DNA from: an uncultured Rickettsia sp.
GTDB lineage: Bacteria > Pseudomonadota > Alphaproteobacteria > Rickettsiales > UBA1997
Direction: 5' to 3'
DNA: 64,000 nt
Assembly: GCA_964505265.1 (NCBI GenBank)
Contig: CAZDGN010000004.1
Location: forward strand, 1,515 to 65,514
Shown here: piece after piece, positions 36,071 to 46,292 of the stretch
Position numbering within the stretch: position 1 is the first letter of the stretch
Layout: the number at the start of each line of letters is the position of its first letter
Position numbers and translations under genes: made by a program
Notes under the pieces: generated by a model
Seen by the model: the letters and a program-made list of their open reading frames with translations, nothing else
Database searches by the model: none
What the model was told of the DNA's origin: nothing

Positions 36071-37045
36071 TTATTTTTGTTCAATTACAATTTCTTTTTT
36101 GGCATTTTCAATTTGTGCTTTATAAAGAAGGTTTTGTAGCAATGGCAGAGGATATGGTTTAAAATCCAAATCGCCTGAAATAATATAAACCCCAACACTT
36201 CTATTTAGTTGATTTTCAACCTCATCATTGGCAATTATATCAGGAAAATCTTCGGATTCAATGCGTTCTTGAATGATATTTTCATCAACACCATTTTTGA
36301 TTAAATAATTTTTTACTACAAAAATTCGATTTTTTACTAAGGCTAAATTATATTTTTCTTTTATGGCATTATCAGGATTACCAGTAATAATTAGTCTAAA
36401 TCTACCACCTTGGGACTTTAAGTAATCGACAATTTCAAGCATTTGTTTCTGCCCTTTTTCGTTTAGAATATAGTTTTCAGCATCAAAAATCACTTCAAAT
36501 CTTGTAAATTCTGGCTCGACAATTTTAACTTCAGGCGTTTTATCTTTGGTAAGGTCGTTTAAAAAACTTTCCAATTCATCTACTAATTTTACAAAATTAA
36601 CTCGACAATTTGACAATTCATCGGATCGAAAAATTGCCTTAGATTCTTTGGAAACATAGCAATCGTAAAGATAAGATAAATGGGCCATTTGAATTGGAAG
36701 TTGAAATATCAAGGTTTGATTATTAATCAAATTTTCTAACTTTTTTTGCATTAAAATAAATTCCGACATCCTTGTTAGCTCTCCCTTCCATGTAATTGGA
36801 TTTTCTGGAGAATAGCTTTTGCCACCTTCAATATCTAGACCTTTTTTGGCAAAATATTCAGCGGTTTTTAAATCGTTAACACCAACTAATCTGCGGGCAA
36901 AAGACAAATATTCAAGAGCTAAGAAAGCTTCGTAGCCCCCAGTTGATTTGAGCATTTGTTCTTTGCTACTTAAAAGCTGTAAATAGCTGATTTTAGCACA
37001 AGATCCTGCAAATAATAATGTGAGAATTATAATAAAATTTTTCAA
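36071..37045 (-). CDS. Putative OmpA-domain lipoprotein
   Basis: The N-terminal signal has a Cys (LLFAGSCAK). The degenerate C-terminal OmpA-like region is RLIITGNPDNAIKEKYNLALVKNRIFVVKNYLIKNGV. Confidence 0.45.
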   Translation of the reverse strand: MKNFIIILTLLFAGSCAKISYLQLLSSKEQMLKSTGGYEAFLALEYLSFARRLVGVNDLKTAEYFAKKGLDIEGGKSYSPENPITWKGELTRMSEFILMQKKLENLINNQTLIFQLPIQMAHLSYLYDCYVSKESKAIFRSDELSNCRVNFVKLVDELESFLNDLTKDKTPEVKIVEPEFTRFEVIFDAENYILNEKGQKQMLEIVDYLKSQGGRFRLIITGNPDNAIKEKYNLALVKNRIFVVKNYLIKNGVDENIIQERIESEDFPDIIANDEVENQLNRSVGVYIISGDLDFKPYPLPLLQNLLYKAQIENAKKEIVIEQK

Positions 37046-37137
37046 TGAAAATTAAAATTATGAAATTTAAGGTAAAAGGTTTTCAAAATTAAATTAATTT
37101 ACTAAAGTTAAATTCTAAAAACAACTTAAATAATAAT

Positions 37138-37749
37138 TTAATAAAATTCGACTACTCCGCTGGAAATATCATACATTGCTCCAACTAAAATGATTTTTTC
37201 TTCAGCGATTAATTCATTTATAATTGAGCTTTTTTCTCTAATTTGTTTCAATACATTTTTTACATTGGCTTTGGAAACAAAATCGTAATATTGAGATTGG
37301 TCCTCGTTTTTTTCTTGCCAATCTTTGTCAATTATCACACTGATTTTATCGAGTAGACCCGTCAAATGCCCCATTTTTAGGTGATTGCAGGCTCCTTTTA
37401 TGGCGCCACATTCGGTATGACCCAGAACCACAACAATTTTGGCACCCGAAATTTTGCAGGCAAATTCCATACTACCAATAATGTCGTCATTTAAAATATT
37501 GCCGGCAATTCTACAAGAAAAAATATCTCCTAAGCCTTGGTCGAATATAAGTTCAGCTGATGTTCTAGAATCAATACAACTTAAAATAAAAGCAAATGGA
37601 TATTGTTCATCACTGGTTTCATTGACCTGCTGCAATAAATTTCGATTAAGTTTTAAATTAGTTACAAAGCGATTATTTCCGGCTTGAAGCATCTCTAAAG
37701 CTTTTTGTGGTGTAAGTTTGTCACGCATTATTTTTGTAAGTGTTACCAT
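37138..37749 (-). CDS. Beta-class carbonic anhydrase
   Basis: The zinc-ligand motifs SCIDSR and GHTECGAIKGA are present. Confidence 0.85.
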   Translation of the reverse strand: MVTLTKIMRDKLTPQKALEMLQAGNNRFVTNLKLNRNLLQQVNETSDEQYPFAFILSCIDSRTSAELIFDQGLGDIFSCRIAGNILNDDIIGSMEFACKISGAKIVVVLGHTECGAIKGACNHLKMGHLTGLLDKISVIIDKDWQEKNEDQSQYYDFVSKANVKNVLKQIREKSSIINELIAEEKIILVGAMYDISSGVVEFY

Positions 37750-39251
37750 GTTTTTTTAATAGCTTTAAGTTGAAGTTGAATATTTCTAGATTTAGCATTT
37801 ATCTCAAAATCCTTGATTATTTCATAAACATCATAATCAATAAAAACAGATTTTGAGCCATCAATCATTACCTCTGAATTATCGGGAATTGATTTAAGTA
37901 ATTGCAAAATTTTTCCCTTGTTTAAAAACGAAACTTCTTGAGCCAAAGTGATAGTGAATTTGTTGCGATGATGCTTTTCGTTAACCTGCTCAAAGGCATT
38001 ACGGAAATTATTGATCAATACAAAAATAATGGCCACAATCATTCCCAAAACTACTCCCTTTAATAAATCAAAAACCAACATACCAAATATTGTTGCTAAA
38101 AAAGGGATAAATTGTTCGTTTCCAAGTTTCTTTACTTGCCATAAAACTTTAGGGTTTGCAAGTTTATAGCCAACAAAAAGCAAGATGCAAGCAAGGCTGG
38201 CGAAGGGAATCATATTTAAAATTTTAGGAATAGAAACCGCACACATCAATAATAAAAATCCATGGAAAATTGCCGAATTTTTACTTTTTGCACCAAACGT
38301 ATGATTGGCAGAGCTTCTAACAATTACCTGAGTAATGGGTAGTCCGCCAATCAAACCTGAAACTAAATTGCCGATTCCTTGAGCCTTTAACTCTTTATTG
38401 GTTGGGGTTATACGTTTTTGTGTGTCGAGCTTATCGATGGCTTCAACTGATAAAAGAGTTTCAATTGAAGAAACAATTGCCAAAATTAATGCAAGAAAAT
38501 AAATTTTTGGATTGTTAAGCATAGAAAAATCAGGAGTAGTGAAATTATTTAAAAAATCATCAAAGGATTTAGTTATAGGAATTTGTACAATTTGATGATC
38601 GGCCAAATCATAAAAATTACTAATAATTATGCCAATCAAAACTACAACCAAAGGACCTTGAATGAATTTAAGCACACGGTGTTTTTGCATTAAATATTTA
38701 TCCCAAATTACTAAAATAGTTAAAGAAATTATAGAGATTATTACGGCAAGTGGAGTAATATTGGCAAGAGTTTGTTTGAAGCTAATAAAAATATTTTGGG
38801 TTAAAAATTCTTGGAAATCATTTGGGTTTTGATTGTCATAGCCAAGAGCATGAGGAATTTGTTTGATGATAATTATTAAGCCGATGCCAAATAACATTCC
38901 TTTAATTACCGAAGATGGAAAGTAATAAGCTATTGAACCGAGGCGAAAAACCCCCATCAAAAATTGCAATATTCCCGCAATACATACCACCAGTAAAAAA
39001 CCCTGATAAGAGCCAATTTCATTGATATTACTAAAAACTATGACTGCTAAACCAGCAGCTGGACCACTTACCCCAAGAGCGGATTTGCTTAAAAAACCAA
39101 CCAAAATTCCGCCAACTACACCTGCTATAATGCCCGAAAATAAGGGAGCTCCAGAGGCAAGAGCAATGCCGAGGCATAGTGGCAGTGCCACGAAGAAAAC
39201 CACGATACTGGCTGGAAAATCTGCTTTGAAATTATGTAAAAATTGTTTCAT
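37743..39251 (-). CDS. SulP-family anion transporter with a C-terminal STAS domain
   Basis: It has multiple TM helices, SulP blocks (GVVGGILVGFLSKSALGVSGPAAGL, ELKAQGIGNLVSGLIGGLP) and a soluble C-terminus. Its 3' end overlaps the carbonic anhydrase start by 7 nt. Confidence 0.8.
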   Translation of the reverse strand: MKQFLHNFKADFPASIVVFFVALPLCLGIALASGAPLFSGIIAGVVGGILVGFLSKSALGVSGPAAGLAVIVFSNINEIGSYQGFLLVVCIAGILQFLMGVFRLGSIAYYFPSSVIKGMLFGIGLIIIIKQIPHALGYDNQNPNDFQEFLTQNIFISFKQTLANITPLAVIISIISLTILVIWDKYLMQKHRVLKFIQGPLVVVLIGIIISNFYDLADHQIVQIPITKSFDDFLNNFTTPDFSMLNNPKIYFLALILAIVSSIETLLSVEAIDKLDTQKRITPTNKELKAQGIGNLVSGLIGGLPITQVIVRSSANHTFGAKSKNSAIFHGFLLLMCAVSIPKILNMIPFASLACILLFVGYKLANPKVLWQVKKLGNEQFIPFLATIFGMLVFDLLKGVVLGMIVAIIFVLINNFRNAFEQVNEKHHRNKFTITLAQEVSFLNKGKILQLLKSIPDNSEVMIDGSKSVFIDYDVYEIIKDFEINAKSRNIQLQLKAIKKTW

Positions 39252-39287
39252 TGAATAAAAAAATAAGTTGCTAAAAAAATATAAAAA

Positions 39288-39593
39288 TTAGCAATTATTT
39301 GGGGGCGAGGTTGGAACTTCGTTAAAAAATTCTAAGGAAGAAATTAAATTAAAAAATTTAAAACTTTTGTGAATTAAGTTTGGGGAATTAAAATCAAAAA
39401 AACTGGCTAAAATTTTTGAATTCTCTGATTTGGATTTAAGGGATTCTTCACTTTCAATTTCTGGCTCCATCTCGATATTAAAGGAATATTTTTGATTAAA
39501 GTCGTTAGAAAATAATGATAATAAAATATTGTTGATAAAAAATATAAATAGGCTAAAAATAATAATGTTTTTAAAGAAATCTGAAATTTTCAT
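39288..39593 (-). CDS. Hypothetical small protein with an N-terminal TM/signal segment
   Basis: The evidence is the ORF and the hydrophobic N-terminus only. Confidence 0.25.
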   Translation of the reverse strand: MKISDFFKNIIIFSLFIFFINNILLSLFSNDFNQKYSFNIEMEPEIESEESLKSKSENSKILASFFDFNSPNLIHKSFKFFNLISSLEFFNEVPTSPPNNC

Positions 39594-39639
39594 TTAATTA
39601 TTATTTATCAAAAAAAATTTTTAGTCAATTAAATTTTTA

Positions 39640-40353
39640 CTAAATTAATTTTGCAAAAAAATTTAGTGATGCCAAAAATGTGATGATTGCAATTCCTTTT
39701 TTAAAATATTTATCAGAAATTTTACGATGAACTAGATGGCCAAGATAAATGGCAATGAAAACCGGAATTATACTCCAAAAAAAATCAGATATTATATATA
39801 ATTTAGTTGGGTTAGATAATGAAATTTGTAAAAATCGTAAAATATTGCAACATAAAAAAAACATCGCCATAGTTGCTCTTAATGCTGATTTTGAAGAAAA
39901 TTTATGATATAAAGCATTGACTACAAAAGGTCCGCCAACCCCAAATGCTCCTTGAATAAAAGTGCCAAGCATTAATATTTTTAAGTGTAAGATTTTTGGA
40001 AATTGATATTTTTCAAAAAAACTTAATTTTAACGAGAGTAATAAAAGAGTTGTGGCCAATAAAATCGTTAAAAAATTACTATTGGAGATAGAAAAAATAA
40101 AGGCTCCAAATATAGAAAAAATTATAGTTATTGGCATAATTTTTAAAAATATTTTTTTATCAAAATATTTGAAGCTGGTAATGACGATATAAAGCGAAGA
40201 GAGTAAGCCTATATACAAGCCAGCAATTACCATAATTTTTAAATCCACAAAAAAACCTAAGAAAAAATAAGCGATTAAACCGCCCCCAAAGCCAAAAATA
40301 CTCTCAAAAAAGAAACCGATTGAAAAAAATAAAGCAATTAAAATTGAAGTCAT
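39640..40353 (-). CDS. TauE/SafE-family (sulfite-exporter-like) membrane protein
   Basis: The protein is 237 aa and polytopic, with the duplicated glycine motifs FGFGGGLI and GAFGVGGPFV typical of the family. Confidence 0.6.
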   Translation of the reverse strand: MTSILIALFFSIGFFFESIFGFGGGLIAYFFLGFFVDLKIMVIAGLYIGLLSSLYIVITSFKYFDKKIFLKIMPITIIFSIFGAFIFSISNSNFLTILLATTLLLLSLKLSFFEKYQFPKILHLKILMLGTFIQGAFGVGGPFVVNALYHKFSSKSALRATMAMFFLCCNILRFLQISLSNPTKLYIISDFFWSIIPVFIAIYLGHLVHRKISDKYFKKGIAIITFLASLNFFAKLI

Positions 40354-40485
40354 AATTTAATATAAGAATGGTTTAAAAATAGCATAATTTAATTTAAAAT
40401 ATTTACAATAAATTAAATTGTTATTATAATTTAAGAAATTAAAATTTTTAAATTTTAAAATTATATTCAAATATAAAATCTAATA

Positions 40486-42063
40486 ATGAAATTTCCATCT
40501 TTAGGCTTTCAGATTTTAATAATATTTTTGTCTTTGAATTTGGGTCTAAATGTTAACAACCAAGCACTTGCTACAAATTTAAAAAAAGAGAATAAGGCTA
40601 AAAAAAAATCTAAAAATATTTCACAGCAACATCATAAATCTAAAATCAAAAATAAAAAAATTCAAGAGCAAGATGATGAAGATTTATTGGACTATATTTT
40701 TGATGAGGAGGATTGGTTTGAGGATTACGATAAACAAGAAAATGAACAATCAAAAATAATTACTGATAATTCTCAACAAATAAATTCAAATCTAATTTCT
40801 AATCAGTCCAATGATTCAAATATAAGTGATTTCGGTGTTTTAAGGGTGGTGATTGAAAATAAAAAAACCCAAAAAAAATATGATACGGATGAGAGTCAAA
40901 TTTTTTTAAATCCACAAATTTTTAATGTTAAAGAAAATGAAAAAATTAAAAATCTAGAAATTATCGAAAAACCCGTTCAAAAATCTATTTTTTCCATCAA
41001 TCATCGTCTAGTCAATGATTTATCTTTTGCTAACAATTTTGGTAATCCTAGAAATAATTTTCAAGATACTACAGGTGTTGTAAGGTTTTCCTCGAATATT
41101 GAATATAAAAACTTTAAATTATTTTCAATATTAAGATTGGCTCGAATTGATAATAATCGAGATCAAGAGCGAAGATTGAACGATCCTTCGGGTGGAGGAT
41201 CTAGAACATTTGAAAATTTTGGCGTAACCTTGCCAGAGCTAAACCTAAAATATTCTTCTGGTAATAATTCTATTATTGCTGGAAAATTTACCTCAAATTT
41301 TGGAACCGCTTGGCGATGGAATCGAGGTATTTTTATTCATAATATTGCAGGAAATTATGGCTTATTTGAAAAGCTCGGCTTGGCTTTTGTTAGTAAATAT
41401 GGTGATATAAAAAAAACTGGATTATATAATTTTTCCTTTAGTACCTTTACCAATGACAGAAAAAATTTTGATAACGCTTTATTTCATCGCAGAGATAGTG
41501 ATAGCAAATCTCAAGGTCTTGCTGGTGACACTAGAAGTTTAAAATCCTATACATTAGCTACGGATATTAATTTTGAATTTTCAGAAAATGAAAGATTATC
41601 ATATCATTTGGCCTATGCAAATCTTGCCATAAATAAAGAAATGTCTCCAATTAAAAATGCTAAAATTAAAAATCAAAACGGATATGTTTTTGGAGTGAAT
41701 TACACCTTCCCAATTTTCAAACAATTAAATGCCGAAACCTTAATTGAATATGCGAGAATTAGCAATATTAATGGTAATACCGATATAAGTAATAAATTTC
41801 TAACTACTAATTTAATTTTTAAATATAACAAAAAATATAGTTTAATGATTGGTAATTCAAAAAATAAAATCAAAAATAAATTAATATCAAGAAGTTATAA
41901 TCAAGCTAGTGAAATTAATTTAGGTTATGAATTTGACAAAACTAAATATTATGACAAAATCACCGCTCAAATTGGCTATCATCAGCTTATTGAAAAATCT
42001 CCAACACAAAATCAAACCAACAAATCTATGGCGGTTCTATTAAGATATTTTAAAAATTTTTAA
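40486..42063 (+). CDS. Hypothetical outer-membrane beta-barrel protein
   Basis: It has a signal peptide (..NNQALA), a charged linker, alternating beta-strand-like sequence and the C-terminal ..LLRYFKNF. The family is not recognised. Confidence 0.4.
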   Translation: MKFPSLGFQILIIFLSLNLGLNVNNQALATNLKKENKAKKKSKNISQQHHKSKIKNKKIQEQDDEDLLDYIFDEEDWFEDYDKQENEQSKIITDNSQQINSNLISNQSNDSNISDFGVLRVVIENKKTQKKYDTDESQIFLNPQIFNVKENEKIKNLEIIEKPVQKSIFSINHRLVNDLSFANNFGNPRNNFQDTTGVVRFSSNIEYKNFKLFSILRLARIDNNRDQERRLNDPSGGGSRTFENFGVTLPELNLKYSSGNNSIIAGKFTSNFGTAWRWNRGIFIHNIAGNYGLFEKLGLAFVSKYGDIKKTGLYNFSFSTFTNDRKNFDNALFHRRDSDSKSQGLAGDTRSLKSYTLATDINFEFSENERLSYHLAYANLAINKEMSPIKNAKIKNQNGYVFGVNYTFPIFKQLNAETLIEYARISNINGNTDISNKFLTTNLIFKYNKKYSLMIGNSKNKIKNKLISRSYNQASEINLGYEFDKTKYYDKITAQIGYHQLIEKSPTQNQTNKSMAVLLRYFKNF

Positions 42064-42064
42064 T

Positions 42065-42712
42065 ATGAAAAAAATTTTATTGGCAGTTCCAAAAGGAAGA
42101 ATTTTAAATGATTTAAAGTTATTTTTTGAAAAAATAAAAATAACTCCTGATACTGATTTATTTAATGAAAATACTAGAAATTTAATTTTTAAAACCAATC
42201 TCCCTAATCTTGAAATTGTTAAGGTTAGAAGTTTTGATGTTGCCAATTTTGTTAAATTCGGGGGAGCTGATTTAGGAATTTGTGGCAAAGATGTAATTGA
42301 AGAATTTGCTAGTGATGAATTTTTTTCAATGTTAAATTTGAATATCGGTAAATGTCGTTTGGCAATTGCTGGTGATACCAGTCAAAATAAGGACTTCCGC
42401 AAATTTGATAAAATTAAAATTGCTACCAAATATGTTAATATTACTCAAAAATATTTTGAAAAATATGGAATTCAGGCAGAAATTTTAAAGTTAAATGGCG
42501 CACTCGAAATTGCCACTAAGCTTGGTTTGTCAAATTATATTGTTGATTTAGTTAGTACTGGACAAACATTAGCTAACAATCAAATGATTGAAATTGAAAA
42601 AATTTTAGATGTGAGCTCATTTTTAATTGTTAATAGAACTTCTTTTAAAACCAAAAATCTTGAAATAAATTATTTTTTAAAAATTTTTGAAAGCTTGACA
42701 AGAGAAAATTAA
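42065..42712 (+). CDS. hisG: ATP phosphoribosyltransferase, short (HisZ-dependent) form
   Basis: The blocks LAVPKGRIL, VRSFDVANFVKFGGADLGICGKDV, IATKYVNI and DLVSTGQTLANN, and the 215-aa length, fit the short form. Confidence 0.85.
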   Translation: MKKILLAVPKGRILNDLKLFFEKIKITPDTDLFNENTRNLIFKTNLPNLEIVKVRSFDVANFVKFGGADLGICGKDVIEEFASDEFFSMLNLNIGKCRLAIAGDTSQNKDFRKFDKIKIATKYVNITQKYFEKYGIQAEILKLNGALEIATKLGLSNYIVDLVSTGQTLANNQMIEIEKILDVSSFLIVNRTSFKTKNLEINYFLKIFESLTREN

Positions 42713-45700
42713 ATGATAAAAATTTATAATTCAACCACATCGCCTAATGAGGATATAAATAAAAGAAAAATACCTATTTTAAAAAACTATTTATTTATTT
42801 TTTTTCTGATATCTATAAATCTTTTTCAATTTTCCAATAATGCTTTTGGTGTTAATGTTTCTGTTAACAATGATGTTAGAAATGTAACGGGTAGCGAGTG
42901 TTTAACTTCGGAATTTGACGAGGAGGAGTTTGATACTGATGAAATTGATGGAGAGATTCGAAGTAAACAATTGCCATCCCCTTGTTACGAGTCTAATTAT
43001 AATGAAAGCAAGCAAGTATGTGAGGTTGGGGGTTTTCCCGAGGCGATGCAGATTTATAATAATCCAGATTTGACTTGGAACTACGGAAATCAGGCTTGTT
43101 TAGGATATATAACTTCCACCGGAATTACATTGCAAGCAATTTTTATGGCTGCAAGATATTATTGTCCAATGCCAGGATTTTTTGCCCAAGGAAGTGCAGA
43201 TTTAGCTAATGATGTAAAGACCGCTGGTCAAGCGGGGGCTCAAGCTGCAACTCAGGTTAGTAAACAAGCGGCTAGAGAAGCATCTAATGTAAGCAAACTT
43301 GGAACAAATGGTTCAAAATCAATTGGAGAAAAATTAAGTGGTGCAGCAAAGACTCCTATTCAATCGGCAATGAACAAGGTGAAAAATTTGACGAAAAGAA
43401 CATCAGGAATTTCTTCTCCATGGCAAAGTGCTTCAATGGTTATTGATCCATTTATGATAGCTGAAATTGCTTACTTTGGGGGATCTTGCTATTATGCTCC
43501 ATCATGCTGTGCTGCATTTGGTACGACATCAAGTGCATATTTAACTGCGGTTGGGATTTTGGGTGGTATGTATTTAAATGCAAGAACTGCTTATTTAAAC
43601 ACTGAGGTTTGTGGAGAGGGTTATAGAACTTGGAGAAAGTCAACAGATCCTCTTGAGCCAAATAAATTAGGAATTTGGCAAAAGGAAAAGGGATTTTATG
43701 CAAAATGCCTAGAAAATTTTTTTGGAGATGCAAACTACGATTTGAGTTTTAGTAATATCGAATCGCCTCCCAAAGAGCATGTTGCTTATGATCGTTTGAT
43801 GAAATTTAAAAGCAATTCAGCAACATATAGCTTTAGTACAAGTCCAAGCGATTCAATATTTGATTGTAAAGTAACGGATAGTGGTACTGCAAGAAATACT
43901 CAAAAAACATTGACCAATATATATTATCGTGAGCACTTATTTAAAGGAATTGAGTATACTGACTCTGGTCCTGGTGAGTGTAAAAATCCTAGTTGGAATG
44001 AGAGTGAAAAGTTAAAGTATCTTGGATATAAAGATGAAAATCAAAAATATTATTTTCGCGGATCGGCCGAAGCCCCAAATTATGCATGTGATAGGTTTTT
44101 AATTAAAGGAATCAGTGATGAAGAGGGAATAAAAGCATTTGAATGTTGTAAAAAAAGAAGTATGGGAGCAATTTGTTTAGAAAGAAGAATAACTGGAAAT
44201 TATAAGTTTTGTTCAATGGATGATGGCGAGTGCAGTATAAATCTTGGAAACCTTCAGTATCCTCAAGCAGCTCCAACAAAATATGATATTTCAGAATCTG
44301 AAACTGATCCAAGATTTATTTGTGCTAAAACTTATAACCATTGTCCTTTTGATCATAATTTAGCAGGGGGTACCGATTATGCTCAACAATATCCAAAGCG
44401 TCCAAGTATCATAACTAATTTCTGTCAATATTTGCGAAATTGTGTTAAAAGAGTTCCTTATTCAAGAATTATTCCAAATGATCCAGATAGTTTTTTTATT
44501 GCTGGAGCTTGCAATAACTTGATGGGGGATTCGCAATTTTTTTATGATGAAATTAATTTACAATACTCACCAATTAGGTCTAGAAATTTTAGTGCCCCAA
44601 TTATTCAATGTGTTAAAGAATCAATTGAAAATAATTTTTTACAAATTACTGGCAAAACTAAATGTGCATCAACTGATTTTATTTATAATCCAATTAATAA
44701 AAATTGCGAGAATTTAGTAGATAGAAGCATTACTAATACCGACTTTTTATTTGTTAAGGGAGATGTAAGAGGTATAACTTTATTTCAAAAATTACAAAAT
44801 CAATTTAGAAATATTATAAGAATTGTTTTAGTTCTTTCGGTTGTTATGTTTGGATATAGCACATTATTTGCGGTTCCAGAGGCACATATCAATAAAAAAA
44901 CAATTATGGTTTTTTTAATTAAAATTGGTTTAGTTTCATTTTTTGCCCTAGGAAATGCTTGGCACGGATTGTTTATTAATCAAATATTAAATATTTCAAG
45001 CGAGATATCGAATATAACATTTTCCCCTGATGCCAAAAGTAAGGATGGATGTGAATTTCCAAAAAAGAATTATCAATATATCGATAAACTTCGTAACCTT
45101 GAGACAAATAATTTAACTTCTTATGCCAACTTACCACCCGAATATCCACCTGGTAAAAATTATTTAAGAATCTGGGATACATTAGATTGTAAGTTAGTCC
45201 GAGCAATAGGTTATGGACCCAATGTTGATACTGCAAATATTGCTAAAATGATTTTTGCAGGTTTTTTGACTGGAGGCGTAGGAATAGTTTTTTTCCTAGC
45301 TTCATTTGCATTGGCTTTTATGTTGCTATCAATTATATTTAGGGCTATACAAATTACTTTAATTTCGTTGCTTGCGGTAGTATTGTTGGTTTATATTTCT
45401 CCTATTACGATAACTTGTAGTTTGTTTGAAAGAACCAAGGGTATTTTTGAAAATTGGTATAAACAATTACTTGGATATATCCTGCAACCAATGATTTTAT
45501 TTGCTTATTTAGGTTTGTTTATTACGGTCATAGATTCGGTTTTTATTGGTAAAGCCAAATTTCAAACAATTACGGCTGGAAAATATTTTGAATTACCAGA
45601 ACCAAATTGCTCTGGAGTTGAGGATTCTAGTTTATTTTGCATTTTTAACTTTCCAAAATTTAAAAACTATACTGGTTTGGAATTTTTTGACTTGGCAATT

Positions 45701-46081
45701 CCTATATTGGTTGGATTAAATCCAGAAAAAGTTAATACCATAATTAGAGGTGCAATAATTTTATTTGTTATGTATAGTTTTATGGATAAAGTTACATTTG
45801 TTGCAAAAAAATTAGTCGGAGGTCAAGAATTGAGTGCTGATAAGGCTCCAGATATAGCTAGTGCAGCTAAGAAGGCAATGAGAGCGGTTCAGAAGAGGGC
45901 GCTAAATCTCACCAAGCGATCGGCTATGCAAGTCGGGGGTTTGGCTGCCAAGGGTACAAAATCTGCTTTAAGTAAGGGTAAAAGAAGTAGTGACTATAAA
46001 GAAAATAATCAAAAGTTTGAACCAAGTTCGGGAGGAGAATCATCTCGTTCAGGAGGAGAATCATCAGATCCCTCTTCTTAA
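42713..46081 (+). CDS. Giant VirB6/TrbL-like type IV secretion membrane protein with a Cys-rich N-terminal domain
   Basis: The C-terminal third carries about 6 TM helices with a TrbL/VirB6-like pattern (..SPITITCSLFERTKGIFENWYKQLLGYILQPMILFAYLGLF..). Residues about 300-650 are Cys-rich and soluble. The C-terminal tail is Ser/Gly-rich. Confidence 0.55.
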   Translation: MIKIYNSTTSPNEDINKRKIPILKNYLFIFFLISINLFQFSNNAFGVNVSVNNDVRNVTGSECLTSEFDEEEFDTDEIDGEIRSKQLPSPCYESNYNESKQVCEVGGFPEAMQIYNNPDLTWNYGNQACLGYITSTGITLQAIFMAARYYCPMPGFFAQGSADLANDVKTAGQAGAQAATQVSKQAAREASNVSKLGTNGSKSIGEKLSGAAKTPIQSAMNKVKNLTKRTSGISSPWQSASMVIDPFMIAEIAYFGGSCYYAPSCCAAFGTTSSAYLTAVGILGGMYLNARTAYLNTEVCGEGYRTWRKSTDPLEPNKLGIWQKEKGFYAKCLENFFGDANYDLSFSNIESPPKEHVAYDRLMKFKSNSATYSFSTSPSDSIFDCKVTDSGTARNTQKTLTNIYYREHLFKGIEYTDSGPGECKNPSWNESEKLKYLGYKDENQKYYFRGSAEAPNYACDRFLIKGISDEEGIKAFECCKKRSMGAICLERRITGNYKFCSMDDGECSINLGNLQYPQAAPTKYDISESETDPRFICAKTYNHCPFDHNLAGGTDYAQQYPKRPSIITNFCQYLRNCVKRVPYSRIIPNDPDSFFIAGACNNLMGDSQFFYDEINLQYSPIRSRNFSAPIIQCVKESIENNFLQITGKTKCASTDFIYNPINKNCENLVDRSITNTDFLFVKGDVRGITLFQKLQNQFRNIIRIVLVLSVVMFGYSTLFAVPEAHINKKTIMVFLIKIGLVSFFALGNAWHGLFINQILNISSEISNITFSPDAKSKDGCEFPKKNYQYIDKLRNLETNNLTSYANLPPEYPPGKNYLRIWDTLDCKLVRAIGYGPNVDTANIAKMIFAGFLTGGVGIVFFLASFALAFMLLSIIFRAIQITLISLLAVVLLVYISPITITCSLFERTKGIFENWYKQLLGYILQPMILFAYLGLFITVIDSVFIGKAKFQTITAGKYFELPEPNCSGVEDSSLFCIFNFPKFKNYTGLEFFDLAIPILVGLNPEKVNTIIRGAIILFVMYSFMDKVTFVAKKLVGGQELSADKAPDIASAAKKAMRAVQKRALNLTKRSAMQVGGLAAKGTKSALSKGKRSSDYKENNQKFEPSSGGESSRSGGESSDPSS

Positions 46082-46292
46082 TTTTTGATAAGCTAAGTGC
46101 TTAAATCGTGGTAATTCTCGCTTTAAAATAAAATAATTCATCAAAAAATATTTCTTAAATATTAAGAGAAGTATTTTTCAAGATAAAAATTTACGAAAAA
46201 AAGATATAATATCTAAGTTCACAATGCTAATTACAAGATACAATTTTCATAAATAAATTAATGTTTTGGTATTTAATCGGTATCAAACTAAA

